From assembly GCF_009914755.1 (NCBI RefSeq), contig NC_060928.1: a stretch of 64,000 bases of DNA. The stretch is one strand, 5' to 3'. The DNA comes from the human T2T-CHM13v2.0 reference genome, Homo sapiens. The notes below the pieces were generated by a model that was not told where the DNA came from, did not search any database, and saw only the letters and a program-made list of their open reading frames with translations. Positions 60,831-64,000 of the stretch are shown piece after piece. Numbering within the stretch: position 1 is the stretch's first letter; every line of letters begins with the position of its first letter. Both the position numbers and the translations under genes were made by a program.

Positions 60831-61146
60831 CCTAAAAACTGCCTGTCTGGCATTTGATCTCTTATTAGGAAATACCTGCTGCTGAGGACATCCCATAATC
60901 TAGCCTGTCCATTTATTTGGTCTGAACCTAAGAATTTTGCTTTCTTTCATGGTTAGAGAGAAGCAGGGAGAATTTTATTTCTTTAATCTAGTTTTTTGAT
61001 TCTCTACTAAAGAAGGAAACACTTGTGATGAGAAAAGACTGGTTACTAATTAAGATATAACTTTCTAAAAATAGTGTGTGCATGTATACGTGTGTGAGAG
61101 TCTGTCTGCTCATGTGTGTTGTTGGGGAACTTCAGCATTTTGGCCT

Positions 61147-61715
61147 TGTATTTGTTTCCTATTTCTGCCACAGCAAATTACACCTAAAGTAGCAGCTTAA
61201 GACAATGTACACTCATTATCTCCTGGTTCCCTTGGGTCAGGTTAGCTGAGTCTTTGGATCAAGTGCTGAAATCAAAGTGCTGGCCAGGGCTGCAGTTTTA
61301 TCTGAAGCTGTAGGTCTTCTTCCTTTCTTATTGAGGTGGTTGGAAGAATTCAGTTCCTTGTGGTTTCAAGACGGATGCCCCTGTTTTCTTGCGAGCTGTT
61401 GGCCAGGAGTTGCTCTCAATCCTGGCGGCCAACCTTGTATCCTAGTCACATGACTGTCTTGCAACATGTGGTTTCTTTTCAGAGCCAGCAGGAGAATCTC
61501 TCCCTTTGGTGGGACAAAGTCTTATGTTAAATTATTTGATTTGATTAGGTTACATTATCAGGTGAAGGTGTTGTAATAATCACTCCCATGTTAGCATTAC
61601 TTTATATATATCATATTCCACAGACCTAGCTTCTCTCAGGAGGAAGAGATTATACTGGGCACATACACTAGGGGGTGGGAGTTTTTAAGGCCTTCTTAGA
61701 ATTCTGTGTACCACA
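61147..61715 (-). mobile_element. MLT1E/F-like solo LTR
   Basis: tgtatttgtttcctatt...gctgaaatcaaagtgctggccagggctg...agaattcagttccttgtgg...ttagaattctgtgtaccaca. Confidence 0.8.
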
Positions 61716-62023
61716 GGTATTTAGTAGTATTGATTTAAAATTAGGTCAACTTGATTTGGTTCTATTGTTTTATAGAATCCTTTATTTAGAACATTGCACA
61801 CACAGAGAGACCATCTATTAAATGTACATAGAAGGCAGGAGAAAGTAATGGCTATAACCTCTAAAATGTTTACCATGTTTTGCACTGTTAACTCAAAAAG
61901 CACTTCAACACAGCATCTGTGTCTGACATCCTCACCTGTAGCTGCCACAGGCTTAATGAAGTGACACTTAAGGAGTGGGTGAACAAAAATCTTCATCCAA
62001 TTTTTGAGCACCAAGCACTGAAC

Positions 62024-62389
62024 TATATTTGTTTTCTAGGGCTTAAACAACCATTTATTGTCTCACAGTTCTGGAGACTGGGAAGTCCAAAATCATGGTG
62101 TCAGCAAAACTGGTTCCTTCTGAGGCCTCTCTTCCCAGCTTGTAGATATATGGCTGCCTTCCCTTTGTGTCCTCACATGGCCTTCTCTCTGTGTGTGTCA
62201 GTGCCTTAATCTCCTCTTCTTATAAAGACGCCAGTCATATTCAATTGGCACCAACCCTAATGACCTTTTTAATTAATCTAATTATCTCTTTAAAGAGCCT
62301 ATCTGCAAATGCAGTGGTATTCTGATGCACTGAGGGGATTGGAACTTCAATATAAGGATTTTGGGAGGGACACAGTTCAGCCCATGACA
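62024..62389 (-). mobile_element. MLT1A/B-like LTR
   Basis: catttattgtctcacagttctggagactgggaagtcc...tcttcttataaagacgccagtcatatt...gggacacagttcagcccatgaca. Confidence 0.85.
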
Positions 62390-64000
62390 CCAATCAAGTG
62401 TGAGGCACCCAGAATAGGAATTATTATTCTCATATTATAATGACAAACTTCGGGCATAGATAATGACTCAAGGTCCAATCACTGATATGGGGCCATAGGA
62501 ACTTTTAAACACAAGCAGCAGAGCTACCTCTTTTGATCTCTTTTAGGTGCGCCAAATTGTGTGGCAGGTTGAAATTTACCTCTCAGACATGAGAAGAAAT
62601 GCTATTAAGTTGGGACACAATGAAGTCAATCTCAGAAGGCTTTATTAAATCGGTAGCTTTTTGGGGGACGTAAATTATCCTTGCTTTCCCTGCTGCATGA
62701 GTGCTATTCAAAGACTTTTTGTTTTACCTCATCCTCTTGTTTTATGATGAATTTGTGCGTGAAAAGACTCATTAAGAACATCATTATTCTACATTTATCA
62801 GTAATGAACTGTCTGTGGCACCTATTAGCAGCAAAATGGTCTAAGTCCCGTTTTGTATCTGTCTACATTCTTCTTCATTATTTTCTGCTCCACTCTCATC
62901 CATTTAAAATGGATTTGGCTGGGTGCAATTTTATCCCCAATTGTTCTTTTATTTGAGAGACAAATATTAATAGAATTCATAATCCTTGAGGAGTCCACTC
63001 CAAATGTTCCAATATGAAAATGACTTTTTAATTTTTAATGCTGGTGAGGGGCAGGGACGCTCACCTCCAGAACCTACTGTGTAGCAGACTCTCTGCATTT
63101 ATTATTACACTTAATTTTCGGAACTCAGAAATGGGCATTAATGTCCCCATTTTACCAAAGACAGATGGGAGGAACAGAGGGAGAATGCCTCATTTTGGCC
63201 ATTCATCCTAGTACTAAGTCCACTATATGGGTGTGGGGCTAGGGGGTTAGGGATCAAGACCATTGCCAAAGCTTATGTTGCAGAATAGGTTTTTTTCTGA
63301 ATTCCACATTCATGCTGATTCCAATATACCCAGACATAGGCTCAAACCTGGAACTTATTAAAATGTGTGAGTACCTCTGCTGACTGCAAGCTCCACAACA
63401 CCTTTTGCTTAGTTAGCCTAGTTCATTTCTGCTGGTGTTTTATTATGCAAATGTCTTGTTCTGGTTTAGTCTGTCACCTTTTAGGCAAGAAAAGAGATTT
63501 TAAAAAAATCTTTCTCACTCCTTTAGTTCCTTTGCAGATTTTTTTTTTCTCTTTATCTCCCTCCTCGTAAAATTAAGATTCCTTGGGAGGACATAGAGGG
63601 CAGAGATCTTACCAGAGCCCCACCCAGATGCAGAAAGTTATGTAATTTTACATCTAAACCTTCCAGCATCTCCTACTGCACCCAATTGAGAGGTATGCTG
63701 TTTCACTTTCTATCATTTGCTCAGAGCCAGGAAACAAAACCTGTGATTAACAAACCAAGTCTTAAATGCGATTTTAAAATATTGACAAACAATCTTATGT
63801 ATGTCTTTCATGCCTAAACTTCAGAGTGTGAGAATTTTTGTGGGCTTCTGTTGATGCAAAGGATACACTTTGAGGCCCTGAGTCCTGTGGGTCTGAACTT
63901 CAGCTTCACCCTCTGGAAATGTTCACTTCGATAAGCAAATGCATTCCGGTATTGTAGGATACAGATATTGTAGAAAACTAATTCAAAGTGACCTAACCAA

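Overview
This is primate, almost certainly human, non-coding DNA: it carries an AluYb8 with the diagnostic 7-nt insertion and an L1PA2-type element. The window is AT-rich and dominated by transposable elements. There are two near-full-length minus-strand LINE-1s: a young L1PA2-like copy at 12.1-17.4 kb and an older L1PA10-13-like copy at 36.2-43.0 kb that splits a MER5A. There is also a truncated L1PA16-like copy, many old L1M/L2/MIR fragments, about 14 Alus (J, S, Y, Yb8), many MaLR solo LTRs (THE1, MST, MLT1) and several hAT MER elements. I found no host protein-coding exon, RNA gene or CpG island; the long ORFs are L1 remnants or chance/repeat-derived frames. I cannot support a new biological system. 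The most notable points are these. The L1PA2 has no matching target-site duplication, a ~0.7-kb microhomology-bounded deletion, an intact endonuclease-only ORF2 frame and an open, extended ORF0. A tail-less L1 fragment sits inside an older L1. Two inverted AluY copies lie 274 bp apart. A microsatellite forms a perfect 60-bp palindrome, and there are a few candidate enhancer/CTCF sites. Subfamily calls come from remembered consensus sequences, and boundaries of old repeats are approximate.
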